Source of the DNA: a virus
Taxonomy: Duplodnaviria > Caudoviricetes
Length of the DNA stretch: 48,639 nucleotides
IMG/VR virus record: IMGVR_UViG_3300012943_000685
Coordinates: 1 to 48,639 of that record
Strand: one strand, 5' to 3'
The position numbers and the translations under genes were made by a program. The notes under the pieces are model-generated. The model was given only the letters and a program-made list of their open reading frames with translations. It did not search any database and was not told the origin of the DNA. Shown in pieces: positions 36,452-44,685 of the stretch. The first letter of the stretch is position 1. Each line of letters starts with the position of its first letter.

Positions 36452-37403
36452 TGCTTTGTGCCTTGTTTTGTTTGTCTTCGAGCCACGAATTTACGAACCG
36501 CATCATGCCTTTGGCGGTTTTTCGCTTGTCGGTGTTGGAGATCAACCACCCCCGCATGTTCCGCAGATGCACTCGCACGTCGACCGCTGGGTAAAGCTTT
36601 TCGAACTCAACCACTTGGCTTTCGAACAACGGGAATTCTTCGGCTGCGGTGTTGAACCGATTGGTTGGCAATCGGATGATTTCAGGGCCACGGGCTTCGT
36701 CCCGCATTCGGGCTTGAGCGGCGGCGCACGCCGCTGCGATAGCGGCTCCGAGCGAAGCGAGGTTTAGAGATTCCCTATCCCTTACCTCTCCCTTTCCCTC
36801 TCCCTTAAGAGGGATTTCCGCCGGACTTCCACCGTCTGTCCGGTGGACATCATCAGGCTTTCCACTGGACATCACCAACTTGTCCGGCGGAAACATGGCG
36901 GACACAAACTGGACTGCACCCGGAAAGTGCTGACCGATGTATTCTTCCAATGTCGGCGTTATCGGGGCACCCTCGCGACCGGCCCGCTTCCATTCCTTGC
37001 GTTGGCGGTCGCGTTCCTTCTCCCAGCGGTATGCGATTTTCTTGCTCCACGCCTCAAGCGCCTTTTCAGCGATGACCGGATGATAGAGACGACCATCAGC
37101 GCAGCTTACCCATCCGCGCAGCACATCCTCCCGAATTTCTGGCCAGTCCCTGGGGTGGGCTCCAGCGGCGTCCGCGAGAACATCGTCATCATTCTCGATA
37201 GATGCGCAGGGTCGTTCATGCCAGGCGCGCATCCACAGATTGAGCATAAAGAAAGCCAACTCCGGCCTGCGCTTTGCGATGAGCCATGACTTGGATTTCC
37301 GAAGCTGTTCAACCTCAAGAGGCATATTCTTGAAATCGGTCAGGTCACACTCAGCAGGAACAAGCGGTGCCGGTAACTCATCGTTCATATTGCTATCCGC
37401 CAT
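36267..37403 (-). CDS. Replication initiator, DUF1376/YdaU family
   Basis: PAPLVPAECDL..MPL, LWMRAWH..P.AS, DGRLYHPVIAEKA; C-terminal YPAVD...KRKT..GM.RF..SWL. Confidence 0.88.
   Translation of the reverse strand: MADSNMNDELPAPLVPAECDLTDFKNMPLEVEQLRKSKSWLIAKRRPELAFFMLNLWMRAWHERPCASIENDDDVLADAAGAHPRDWPEIREDVLRGWVSCADGRLYHPVIAEKALEAWSKKIAYRWEKERDRQRKEWKRAGREGAPITPTLEEYIGQHFPGAVQFVSAMFPPDKLVMSSGKPDDVHRTDGGSPAEIPLKGEGKGEVRDRESLNLASLGAAIAAACAAAQARMRDEARGPEIIRLPTNRFNTAAEEFPLFESQVVEFEKLYPAVDVRVHLRNMRGWLISNTDKRKTAKGMMRFVNSWLEDKQNKAQSNGGRGTAGGAQSPNKSFASAVSERVDARARGSLFDDGGEGDFIDAEIRGPLLDLSPSPDPR
36771..36924. repeat. Putative phage replication origin: iterons plus a pyrimidine/purine tract
   Basis: TCC-N3-GGA at 36817, 36839, 36861 and 36883 (exact 22-bp period); further in-register GGA half-sites in the 9-mers starting 36894, 36905 and 36916; polypyrimidine run 36771-36806. 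Confidence 0.75.
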
Positions 37404-37873
37404 TCTTCTAGCGTCCTATCGCCTTTTGAGAGGTTGCAATGTTCGCAGGCCGCGACGAGGTTGCTTTCCACATCCAGGCCGCCACGAGATCGAGGGAAAA
37501 CGTGATCGACGTGAGAGGCACGTCCGCCACAATAGGCGCAACAAAATAGATCACGCGCTAAAACCCTAAGCCGCAGCGAACGCCACGATTGGCCGCTGAT
37601 AAACTCTGTATGGGGCTGAGCCAGTTCCAACGAAACGCCATAAAGGTACCCACCGTTTTCAATGAACAGCCCTCGTGCGCGCATCTTGCGGACAAATTCC
37701 AAAACTCTTTGTCGCGGCCACTTCCAAGCCGCTGACAATATGCGCGGATGGTTTCTGACAAATCCCTCCCCAATCAACCACATCCAGGCTTCGCGCTCGG
37801 TGAATTGCTCGTCGGCAAAATCTGGATCGGCCCAAATACTTCGGGCGACAGCGAACACCCCATTCTCGCTCAT
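37385..37873 (-). CDS. HNH endonuclease with an initiator-like N-terminus
   Basis: CAYCGG..HVDHVFPRSRGG....NLVAACEHCNLSKG. Confidence 0.9.
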   Translation of the reverse strand: MSENGVFAVARSIWADPDFADEQFTEREAWMWLIGEGFVRNHPRILSAAWKWPRQRVLEFVRKMRARGLFIENGGYLYGVSLELAQPHTEFISGQSWRSLRLRVLARDLFCCAYCGGRASHVDHVFPRSRGGLDVESNLVAACEHCNLSKGDRTLEEWRIAI

Positions 37874-38067
37874 GCAGTGCCCTTCCTGTTCCGGCGTTGC
37901 ACGAGTTCACCCTTCTTGGGGCAGGAGCGGGAGTTGGCAATTTTGCCAACCGTGCGCTTCACCGGCTCAGGTTTCAGTTTCGCCATCACGATCTCCGGCA
38001 CGCCGCCGCACAAATGGCGCCATTCTTCAACCCCACACGTCCGGCATTTGGGCGGCTTAACGGGCAT
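37870..38067 (-). CDS. Small hypothetical protein (CxxC..HxC)
   Basis: Coupled on both sides; CRTCG...HLC. Confidence 0.55.
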   Translation of the reverse strand: MPVKPPKCRTCGVEEWRHLCGGVPEIVMAKLKPEPVKRTVGKIANSRSCPKKGELVQRRNRKGTA

Positions 38068-38749
38068 GGGATGGGGCTCCCACGGCCGGATCGGCGCGCC
38101 ACATGGCTTCACGGGCTCGAAGCTGTTTGCAGATCAAGGTTTGAAGCTCTGCCGGGCTAGCGAGGTCGAGCAGCGCTTTGAGTGCCGCGGTTCGCGTCGT
38201 CTTTGCGCCTACCGGTGACCCGGCATCGGTCAGAGCTTTGCGCACCTCGTCGGCCCAAAGGATTCGCGCTGCCATCTCTGGCACCACGGCACGCGGAACA
38301 GCTTCGGCAATTACGGTCAGTTCAAGAGGCTTTTCTGATTTACGACCGTAATCTCGATCCATGCCGGACCCGACCAGTAGCCCAACACTTGGCAAAAGGT
38401 GGCGAACCAGCTTCGCGTCATCGCAATGGTTCTCTGCCACCACCATCCAGACTTCGGGCACGCATAGTTGGAACATGCCGATCTGGTGGATCAGTCGTGT
38501 CGTGTCGTCATAGGCGCCCTTCACCTCGAACGCTGCGATATGTGCGAGTCCAATCGCGGCGACATCGGCGCGAACCTTACCCTCGCCCATCACAATTTCG
38601 TGGACGATACGCGCATCGTGCCAGCGGTTACGGCAGAACGCTTCAAGCGCCTCACGCAAGGCGAGTTCGGATCGCGCGGCATAGCCACGGCGCCGTGCCG
38701 CGTCATCCGCTGTCATTGCCCACCGCTCGCTTGGTTTGAGAAGTGTCAC
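38057..38749 (-). CDS. PD-(D/E)XK nuclease-like protein (sce7726/MmcB-like)
   Basis: HE......RADVA......FEVKG..D..RL..Q. Confidence 0.75.
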   Translation of the reverse strand: MTLLKPSERWAMTADDAARRRGYAARSELALREALEAFCRNRWHDARIVHEIVMGEGKVRADVAAIGLAHIAAFEVKGAYDDTTRLIHQIGMFQLCVPEVWMVVAENHCDDAKLVRHLLPSVGLLVGSGMDRDYGRKSEKPLELTVIAEAVPRAVVPEMAARILWADEVRKALTDAGSPVGAKTTRTAALKALLDLASPAELQTLICKQLRAREAMWRADPAVGAPSHAR

Positions 38750-38752
38750 ATC

Positions 38753-39004
38753 TCAGCCCTCCCCGTCCAAGGCTTCGACGTGAAGCATCACAGGTGGGTG
38801 GGCGCCGACCACGGTAAGCACCACCGATCCACCAGCGTTCAGGGCGGCGAGTTCGGCGGGCGTCGGCTCCCATGCCGTCGCGTATGTGTAGCGGTCTGCA
38901 TCAAAGCGGGCCGGAAGGCTCCCGCATGTGCCGTCCTTTTCTGGATTCCAGTTCCGTGGCGCTCCCAATATGACATTGGTGCCGAATATCCTGCGCGGGA
39001 TCAT
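38753..39004 (-). CDS. Small phage hypothetical protein
   Basis: LGAPRNW....CGSLP....WEPTPAELAALNAGG......HPPV. Confidence 0.8.
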   Translation of the reverse strand: MIPRRIFGTNVILGAPRNWNPEKDGTCGSLPARFDADRYTYATAWEPTPAELAALNAGGSVVLTVVGAHPPVMLHVEALDGEG

Positions 39005-39291
39005 GGGGTGGCCCTATTGTGTGACTGTGATCTGGGCGCGATCCGCCGCATGAACACCGGCATTTCTGGATCACCGAACGTGTCCACCGGCTCCACCCTG
39101 CCCTGCGCATAGGCCACCGCATCACGCAGGCGCCGAAAGCGCTGGGCGAAGAACCCGTTGCGCGGCCAATCCGGCGGCTGCACCCACCACCTGGTCGGCG
39201 CGTCTTTGTCGATCGCCAACGTGCCATTCGGCCCAGTTACGAGGTATCTGCGGAAGCTGTAGCGCTTCAGGCCTTTGCGGGAGGATCTCAT
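39001..39291 (-). CDS. Small hypothetical protein
   Basis: ATGA-coupled at both ends. Confidence 0.6.
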   Translation of the reverse strand: MRSSRKGLKRYSFRRYLVTGPNGTLAIDKDAPTRWWVQPPDWPRNGFFAQRFRRLRDAVAYAQGRVEPVDTFGDPEMPVFMRRIAPRSQSHNRATP

Positions 39292-39785
39292 TCGACTTCC
39301 CCGCAGCCACGGCCAACTGTGGCCCCGCCGTCTTCAGGGTTTGTGAAGTCCAGCCAATGAACCCAGCCGAAATTTTGGCAATGGAATCCCCAATGCGCGC
39401 CGCGTGCATCGTTGATGTACGAAGCCCACAAGAACAGCGTCCAGCATGGCTGCTCGATCTCCACACGATGCGGAGACGGTCCTAACCGAACGATCACATC
39501 CCCGGCCTTACGAACGGTTCGCCGGTTGATGCCGCCACGATCTATCGTGTGCTCGACATAGCACCCTGACAAAACGATAGAGACGTTGATCCGGTAAGGG
39601 TGGTCATGCAGCGCGCGGTCGTCATCGCTGCGCATAAATTGGTGGAGATAGGCCCCGACAAGGGGCTTCCGCCGAATAATGAACCAACGGCGCAGATAGG
39701 GATTCGCCAGTGTGCCAATCGTATAGTCTGGCTCTACGCGCCCATAGCGGTTGAACAGCCAATTGAATAGCGCAGTGGTCTTCAT
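39288..39785 (-). CDS. Phage cupin-fold protein
   Basis: YLRRW, LHQF..SD.DRALHDHP, GCYVEH, HRVE, WTLF. Confidence 0.8.
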   Translation of the reverse strand: MKTTALFNWLFNRYGRVEPDYTIGTLANPYLRRWFIIRRKPLVGAYLHQFMRSDDDRALHDHPYRINVSIVLSGCYVEHTIDRGGINRRTVRKAGDVIVRLGPSPHRVEIEQPCWTLFLWASYINDARGAHWGFHCQNFGWVHWLDFTNPEDGGATVGRGCGEVE

Positions 39786-40462
39786 GCGGCCACCTCGGCA
39801 AACATTTCGCTCTGCCGGGCGTCGGCACGGTCCAGCATTTTCAGGACGGTGTCGCCGCGATGGGCTTTGTCCCAGACAAACCAGCCATTCAGCATGGGCG
39901 GCGCGCCCTGCCCCGTGAAGTCGATCTTCCAGCGCATGAGATAGACGCGGGCCGGGGGATGCTTCGCCCAGAACGGCGCGAGACCGCCAGCACCGGGGAA
40001 GGACCAATTGAGCAGCAGCGCCATATATTCGACGCCCAATGTGTCCAGCGCGTGATAAAGCCAGCGGGCGCGTCCGTTACCCCAGCCACATTCCGCGAAT
40101 GGTGGATTGGTCAGGATCGCCCGGCTCGGCGCGGCGTCGTACTCATAGAAGGATTTGATCTGCGCACCGCAGCCGCGATCAATAAGATCGGATGCGGCTA
40201 CGTCCAGACCAAGGGCCTGCATCTCGCGCACCATCGCGCCATCGCCCGCCGCAGGCTCCCAGATGGATTGGAATTGGCGCAGGCGTGGCAACTCGGCAGA
40301 GAGAATCGCGCGCGTCGGTTCCGGCGGCGTCGGGTAAAATTCGTCCGGCTCACGCTCCAGTGCATCCGCCTTCACGATCTCGCCCATGAGATTGCGAACG
40401 GCTACTGGCTTGGATTTCTTGCCGGTGGCCCGGAACAGGCCGCGTGCCGATGCTGCGCTCAT
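39782..40462 (-). CDS. Small DNA adenine methyltransferase
   Basis: FYPTP, IWEPAAGDG, ASDL, TNPPF, WFVWD. Confidence 0.9.
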   Translation of the reverse strand: MSAASARGLFRATGKKSKPVAVRNLMGEIVKADALEREPDEFYPTPPEPTRAILSAELPRLRQFQSIWEPAAGDGAMVREMQALGLDVAASDLIDRGCGAQIKSFYEYDAAPSRAILTNPPFAECGWGNGRARWLYHALDTLGVEYMALLLNWSFPGAGGLAPFWAKHPPARVYLMRWKIDFTGQGAPPMLNGWFVWDKAHRGDTVLKMLDRADARQSEMFAEVAA

Positions 40463-40740
40463 GCGCGCCCACCCCTGATCTTAGAGAGAACTGATGGGAT
40501 CGCGTTCGGCACGGGATGTTCTTTCTTCGCGGGTTTTGGCGCGATGGGCATGAATGCGCGCGGTTCGCGCTTCACTTTGCGAGGGGCTCGTCCAGCAAAT
40601 GCGGCGATCCTCGACTGCGCTATTCGGACAGAAATGTTGAAATGCGCCGCAATGACTTTCGCGTTATAGCCAGCAACCATCATACGGTTCAGTTCGGCCA
40701 CTTCATCGTCGGTCAGGTGATCGGCTTGGGTGCGTTTCAT
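40459..40740 (-). CDS. Small HTH protein
   Basis: GYNAKVIAAHFNISVR; coupled. Confidence 0.7.
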   Translation of the reverse strand: MKRTQADHLTDDEVAELNRMMVAGYNAKVIAAHFNISVRIAQSRIAAFAGRAPRKVKREPRAFMPIAPKPAKKEHPVPNAIPSVLSKIRGGRA

Positions 40741-41267
40741 GCCGCCCCCCTATCTGCGAATAGCGGTGTTCCGCGCGGTGCCCATTCCGGGTAATATTTC
40801 GCCATACCCCACGCCCAAACCGCCTTTGCGTCCGCGTCGTTGTCATCTTCAAATGCCCAGCCAAGCTGGCGGCAGCGATCCTGCACCGCACGCTTCGCTT
40901 GAGCCCCAGGCAATCGGCCATGGCCGATGAAATGCTTTCGCACCGTGGACACTGCAACCAGCGACACGCGGCACCCTGCCCGCGTAGCAGCCGCCCGCAT
41001 CGCGCCCGTCAGTTGGATCAGCGCCATGGCGGTATGGGCAGCGTGCTGGCTGTCATTGAGCAAAAGCGGCGCCTCGATCACGACATGCGTAGCCCGGATC
41101 ATGCGGATCAGCATCGACATGGAATCGCCGACGCTGGCCAGCGTGCGGTCGAACACAAGTTCGTCCGCGCCCGGCAGTTTCCACACGCCGCCCCTTGGGG
41201 AGCCGTCATTTGGCCCCCCAAATGAAAAGCCTGTCTTCGTCGTCGATCCGTCGATGCCAATTAGCAC
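40737..41267 (-). CDS. RuvC-like Holliday junction resolvase
   Basis: IGIDG...TG, VVIEAP, VRKHFIG.G, DDNDADA. Confidence 0.88.
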   Translation of the reverse strand: MLIGIDGSTTKTGFSFGGPNDGSPRGGVWKLPGADELVFDRTLASVGDSMSMLIRMIRATHVVIEAPLLLNDSQHAAHTAMALIQLTGAMRAAATRAGCRVSLVAVSTVRKHFIGHGRLPGAQAKRAVQDRCRQLGWAFEDDNDADAKAVWAWGMAKYYPEWAPRGTPLFADRGAA

Positions 41268-41282
41268 GCCCCGGCCCTCGTC

Positions 41283-41954
41283 TTAGTGATGAATGGCTTC
41301 GGCAACCGGCGCGTCTGCCTGCGCGGGCGGGAAGACATCGTCGACATTCACGTCATCGGGCCACAGTTGTTCGCCCTCGCCTTGTTCTGTCGCCGCTGCC
41401 AATTCTTCCTTCGTCACGCCCAGACGCTCAGCCGTCAGTTCCATATAGCCGCGTTCGTATTGAGCGGCTGGCGTGGAGCCTTCGGGATAGGGGTTCTCGG
41501 CGGCGCGGCCCATCTCGCAATGGCGACGACCAACGCGATAGGCTTCTTCGTCCACATTGCCGTTCTTGGCTTCGAACAGCGCGATCTGGACCGGGTGGCC
41601 CTGAATCTCCATGTGCTTCGAGAGTTGGGCCAGTTCGGCGCGGACCTCGTGTTCGTCCATCCGCTCATATTTGAACATCCGGTCGAGCGCGGCGAGATCA
41701 ACACCCGCTTCCTTCGCGGTCTTGCGCGCCGTGCGGAGGTGACTGTTCGCCGTGGCAGCTTTCTCGGCAAAGCCCTTCACAGAGCGGTAGTGATGTTCCA
41801 GGTCTTTCGGCTGCGGCATGTTCATGGTCGCCTGCGCCACATGCTCCTTCACCGCCTGTTTGGCTTCTGTTCGAAGCTCAGTTTTATCTTTGGCTTTCGC
41901 GCGCGTGCCCTTGGGCTTCGCTACTTTCGGCGCGCCTGTCGATTTCTTCGCCAT
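41283..41954 (-). CDS. GapR/DUF2312-like coiled-coil DNA-binding protein with an RMF-like C-terminal motif
   Basis: AKEAGVDLAAL...ERMD; G......NPYP.GS......ERGY. Confidence 0.6.
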   Translation of the reverse strand: MAKKSTGAPKVAKPKGTRAKAKDKTELRTEAKQAVKEHVAQATMNMPQPKDLEHHYRSVKGFAEKAATANSHLRTARKTAKEAGVDLAALDRMFKYERMDEHEVRAELAQLSKHMEIQGHPVQIALFEAKNGNVDEEAYRVGRRHCEMGRAAENPYPEGSTPAAQYERGYMELTAERLGVTKEELAAATEQGEGEQLWPDDVNVDDVFPPAQADAPVAEAIHH

Positions 41955-42077
41955 TACAATTTCCTTCTGTCGTAAGCGTGAAACGCCTCACGCAGGCATT
42001 GGATTGGGTGGAGGAACGCGATCAACCATGTCGGCGGATACGGGTCGCTAACCAAACTGGGATCGCGCAAATAAAAA

Positions 42078-42392
42078 TCACGCCGCCACATCGAGATCAT
42101 CCTTCGGTGGCGTGATGAAATAGAGCTTGTCCGTGCCGCGTTGGTCGGTCTCGATGCGGTGGATCGAGATCAGCTTTTCCAGCCACCAGATGATTGAACA
42201 GACCCGGTTCCAGTTTTCTGGCGCGTCGGGATCGAAGCCCATGGCCTTGTAGATTTCACGGCTTGTCAGCTTTGCCCCGTTGGCCTGCCGCAACACCCGC
42301 ATGATCGCCCGCTCGAAAGCAGCGTCGCGCTTTTCAAGCTCGATCACCTCGGACATGCGCGCGGGATCAGTGGCGTTTGCGGTGCGGCTCAT
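42078..42392 (-). CDS. Winged-helix DNA-binding protein
   Basis: IMRVL....LTSREIY..MG; start at 42392 by ATGA coupling. Confidence 0.65.
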   Translation of the reverse strand: MSRTANATDPARMSEVIELEKRDAAFERAIMRVLRQANGAKLTSREIYKAMGFDPDAPENWNRVCSIIWWLEKLISIHRIETDQRGTDKLYFITPPKDDLDVAA

Positions 42393-42562
42393 CCGAAGAA
42401 CCCGCCCCAATAGAGCAGTCCGCATATCAAGGCCGGAGAAATCGCAACATCAACCAGGTCGTAGCGGTCGCGCTTTTGCTCGCCGTAACGGGCGATGCTG
42501 AGGCCGATCCCCATCATCATCAAACCCAGATATATGGCTTGAGGCCAGCCGAGGTGAATCAT
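42389..42562 (-). CDS. Small two-TM phage membrane protein (57 aa, below the ORF-track cut-off)
   Basis: MIHLGWPQAIYLGLMMMGIGLSIARYGEQKRDRYDLVDVAISPALICGLLYWGGFFG; ATGA-coupled at both ends. Confidence 0.8.
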   Translation of the reverse strand: MIHLGWPQAIYLGLMMMGIGLSIARYGEQKRDRYDLVDVAISPALICGLLYWGGFFG

Positions 42563-43107
42563 GCCATGCCCCCGTGGGCTTGTGCGAAAGCGTAGTCCGC
42601 CAGGACGAATGCTTGTTCATGCCGGTGCCAGTCGAAATGCGAAAGCATCTCGGGCTGCCCCCGCGTCAGCTCAAAGGCATCATCTTCTGAAAGATTGTAC
42701 CTCGGCATGAAGTGATCGACGGCCAGCCGCGCCTTCCGATACCAACGAGGTATTTCCGCGATTGGCATTTGCTGCGGAAAGCGGAGCGCAAATCGGACAT
42801 GGCGAAGCACATCCTCATGCGGCTGAAACCATTCGCCATGCGCCCGGTGTGCTGCTAGTTGGCTATGAAGCCACGCCTCTTCCTCTTCGTCGCCCGGACG
42901 GTGCGCGAGGATAGTCAACGGAACAGGTGAGCCAGTTTTGAGGGCCGACAACCGCTGTTTCAGATTGGAGGCAAACCCAATTTTTATGAGCCCTGAGCCC
43001 GCGCCTTGAATAAAGTAAACGCGCGGCTGCCCGGCGATACTGCGGCGCCGATGCTCCGACTTAATCCAGTCGCAAATCGCCCAATGCTGGGAAAGATCAT
43101 GTTCCAT
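42559..43107 (-). CDS. T5orf172/MUG113-type GIY-YIG domain protein
   Basis: VYFIQ....IKIGF...QRL..LKTGSP, E..LH.......GEWF. Confidence 0.88.
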   Translation of the reverse strand: MEHDLSQHWAICDWIKSEHRRRSIAGQPRVYFIQGAGSGLIKIGFASNLKQRLSALKTGSPVPLTILAHRPGDEEEEAWLHSQLAAHRAHGEWFQPHEDVLRHVRFALRFPQQMPIAEIPRWYRKARLAVDHFMPRYNLSEDDAFELTRGQPEMLSHFDWHRHEQAFVLADYAFAQAHGGMA

Positions 43108-43496
43108 TATTCACCTCTCGCTATGGCGAGCATGTCATTGAGGCGGGCGCGCGCAATTGCGCCTTCCTCTCCTGGTAAACGCGCCTCCTGCTGTAGGATC
43201 GCGAGCTGCGCGTTAAGTGTTTTGCTGGGATCAATCTGGCCTGCTACCCATTCCTGTACAGGGCCCAAGCTCCGGGCGAGCCTGAATAGCTTTGCTGCGC
43301 TGGGAATGGCGCGCCCGGCCTTCCATGCCTTTGCCGTGTCTTTCGAACATTGAGCGGCGCGCGCCAACTGACCGACGCTGAACTGCAACACGACACCTTT
43401 GAACTGTTCGGCGAGCGTGCTGTCGTCGGCGGGTGTGAGTTTTTGGCTATGCCAAAGTTTTTGACCCTCTAAGGCAATGGCTGCGGAATTCAGCAT
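43107..43496 (-). CDS. HTH regulator, CII-like position
   Basis: QLARAAQCSKDTAKAWKAGRAIPS..LFRL; RBS GAGGAG. Confidence 0.7.
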   Translation of the reverse strand: MLNSAAIALEGQKLWHSQKLTPADDSTLAEQFKGVVLQFSVGQLARAAQCSKDTAKAWKAGRAIPSAAKLFRLARSLGPVQEWVAGQIDPSKTLNAQLAILQQEARLPGEEGAIARARLNDMLAIARGE

Positions 43497-43596
43497 CAGT
43501 AATTCTCCTCGCGCTGTCGATGTGCCTGGCAGCGAATGACTGGCCGTCCGGCAGCGTTCTTCGCCGGGCGGTCTTTTTCCCAAGATGCGAGGACTT

Positions 43597-43914
43597 TCAT
43601 GTCGCCCTCAGATGTTCGGATTTCTTCGGCCAGATCATTACGGGCTGGACGGTCTCATTCAGATCGTGCCCACAATGCTGGCAGCAACGGGGACGCAGCA
43701 CATGGCGTATGATCTCAATCGAGCGCGCGCGCTTATGCAGCTTTCTCAAATAGCCGCGCTCAACCAATTCGCCGATTATGCGAAAGACGCCGGATTTGGC
43801 GGCGAGGCCCAGCGCGTGGCGAATCTCTTCATAGCTGGGGCTGAACCCGAACTGCTCCGCATAGATCTCGATGAACGCCTGCGTTCGAAATTGCTCTTTC
43901 GTCAGACCGCTCAA
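43597..43914 (-). CDS. LexA DNA-binding-domain-only protein with a C-terminal CxxC
   Basis: LT.EQ...FI......SPSYEEI..ALGL..KSGV.RI...L.ERG.L......RSIEI; TTG start with AGGAG; no S24 domain. Confidence 0.85.
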   Translation of the reverse strand: MSGLTKEQFRTQAFIEIYAEQFGFSPSYEEIRHALGLAAKSGVFRIIGELVERGYLRKLHKRARSIEIIRHVLRPRCCQHCGHDLNETVQPVMIWPKKSEHLRAT

Positions 43915-44213
43915 GCGCCGTTCTCCTGTTCGATGAGGGAGACCAGCGCGGATGTCGCCACATATTCGACGCGCAGTTGCAGTGGATCGGGGCCAGACCG
44001 CAGTGTGACGCGCAGCGCCTTCGATGGATCGGCAAATAGCCGCTTGATCCGTGTCGTGGTTTTGGATGCCGAGGCGTCGCCAGATTCGGCGCGGGCCATT
44101 ATGTCTTTGATGCATGTCAGGACATCGCCAATGCGCGACGTGTCGCTGACGATTGAAAGGCTGGTGCTCGATGTCGGCTTCGGCGCTGTCGCCACTCCCC
44201 CCGTGGCGCTCAT
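43911..44213 (-). CDS. Hypothetical protein
   Basis: 100 aa, coupled at both ends. Confidence 0.6.
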   Translation of the reverse strand: MSATGGVATAPKPTSSTSLSIVSDTSRIGDVLTCIKDIMARAESGDASASKTTTRIKRLFADPSKALRVTLRSGPDPLQLRVEYVATSALVSLIEQENGA

Positions 44214-44434
44214 TACATCACCATCAATTCAGAGCAGGGGCGAGCGTTGACCGCCCGCCCCGACTCGTCATCGCCTACCGGTAGGGGGGCTACCGGAGGC
44301 AAGGGTAGTTTCATGGAATTGAATGTTGAACGCTGGGCCGAAGCGGAGGCCCGGCTGCTCGGCCTGTCCGTCTGCCTTAGCGCGGTGGCCAAAGCCATCG
44401 CAGATGAAAAGCCTGAGTTCGGGCGCGCCATCAT
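44213..44434 (-). CDS. Coupled ORF partly antisense to 44313-44585
   Basis: ATGA start overlap and TAATG end overlap; low-complexity product. Confidence 0.4.
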   Translation of the reverse strand: MMARPNSGFSSAMALATALRQTDRPSSRASASAQRSTFNSMKLPLPPVAPLPVGDDESGRAVNARPCSELMVM

Positions 44435-44585
44435 TTCGCGCCTCGACGAACTGCTCGACCGCGCGCGCGTGGAGAACTGGCCTTCCGGGGCGATTTCTGA
44501 ACTGCGGGAGCAGAAGCAGGTTTTGCATCCTCAGCCGCACGGCGAAGAACCCTCACGGAAACCATCGCCGCAAAGTCAGAGCTAG
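44313..44585 (+). CDS. Antisense helical hypothetical protein
   Basis: 90 aa amphipathic helices; GGAGG/AAGGG upstream. Confidence 0.65.
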   Translation: MELNVERWAEAEARLLGLSVCLSAVAKAIADEKPEFGRAIISRLDELLDRARVENWPSGAISELREQKQVLHPQPHGEEPSRKPSPQSQS

Positions 44586-44685
44586 GCGACCTATGCGCGT
44601 CCGCCCACCACTCTTTGCGCCGCCGCTCCGCTTCATATTCCTCGCGGTAGATGCGCCGGACATCGGATTCGGTGAGGCCGATCAT
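44431..44685 (-). CDS. Coupled ORF (MIGLTESDVRRIYREE...) partly antisense to 44313-44585
   Basis: ATGA overlaps at both ends. Confidence 0.5.
   Translation of the reverse strand: MIGLTESDVRRIYREEYEAERRRKEWWADAHRSPSSDFAAMVSVRVLRRAAEDAKPASAPAVQKSPRKASSPRARGRAVRRGAK

Noticed and set aside
33899-40462. Complete restriction-modification system
   Set aside because: The MTases and nucleases are dispersed in the lytic early operon, as is usual for orphan phage genes; no cognate R-M organisation
43585-44250. 221-aa + strand ORF (likewise 44323-45033 and 45030-45752)
   Set aside because: No convincing RBS or motifs; they overlap better-supported genes such as the LexA-like gene and cro
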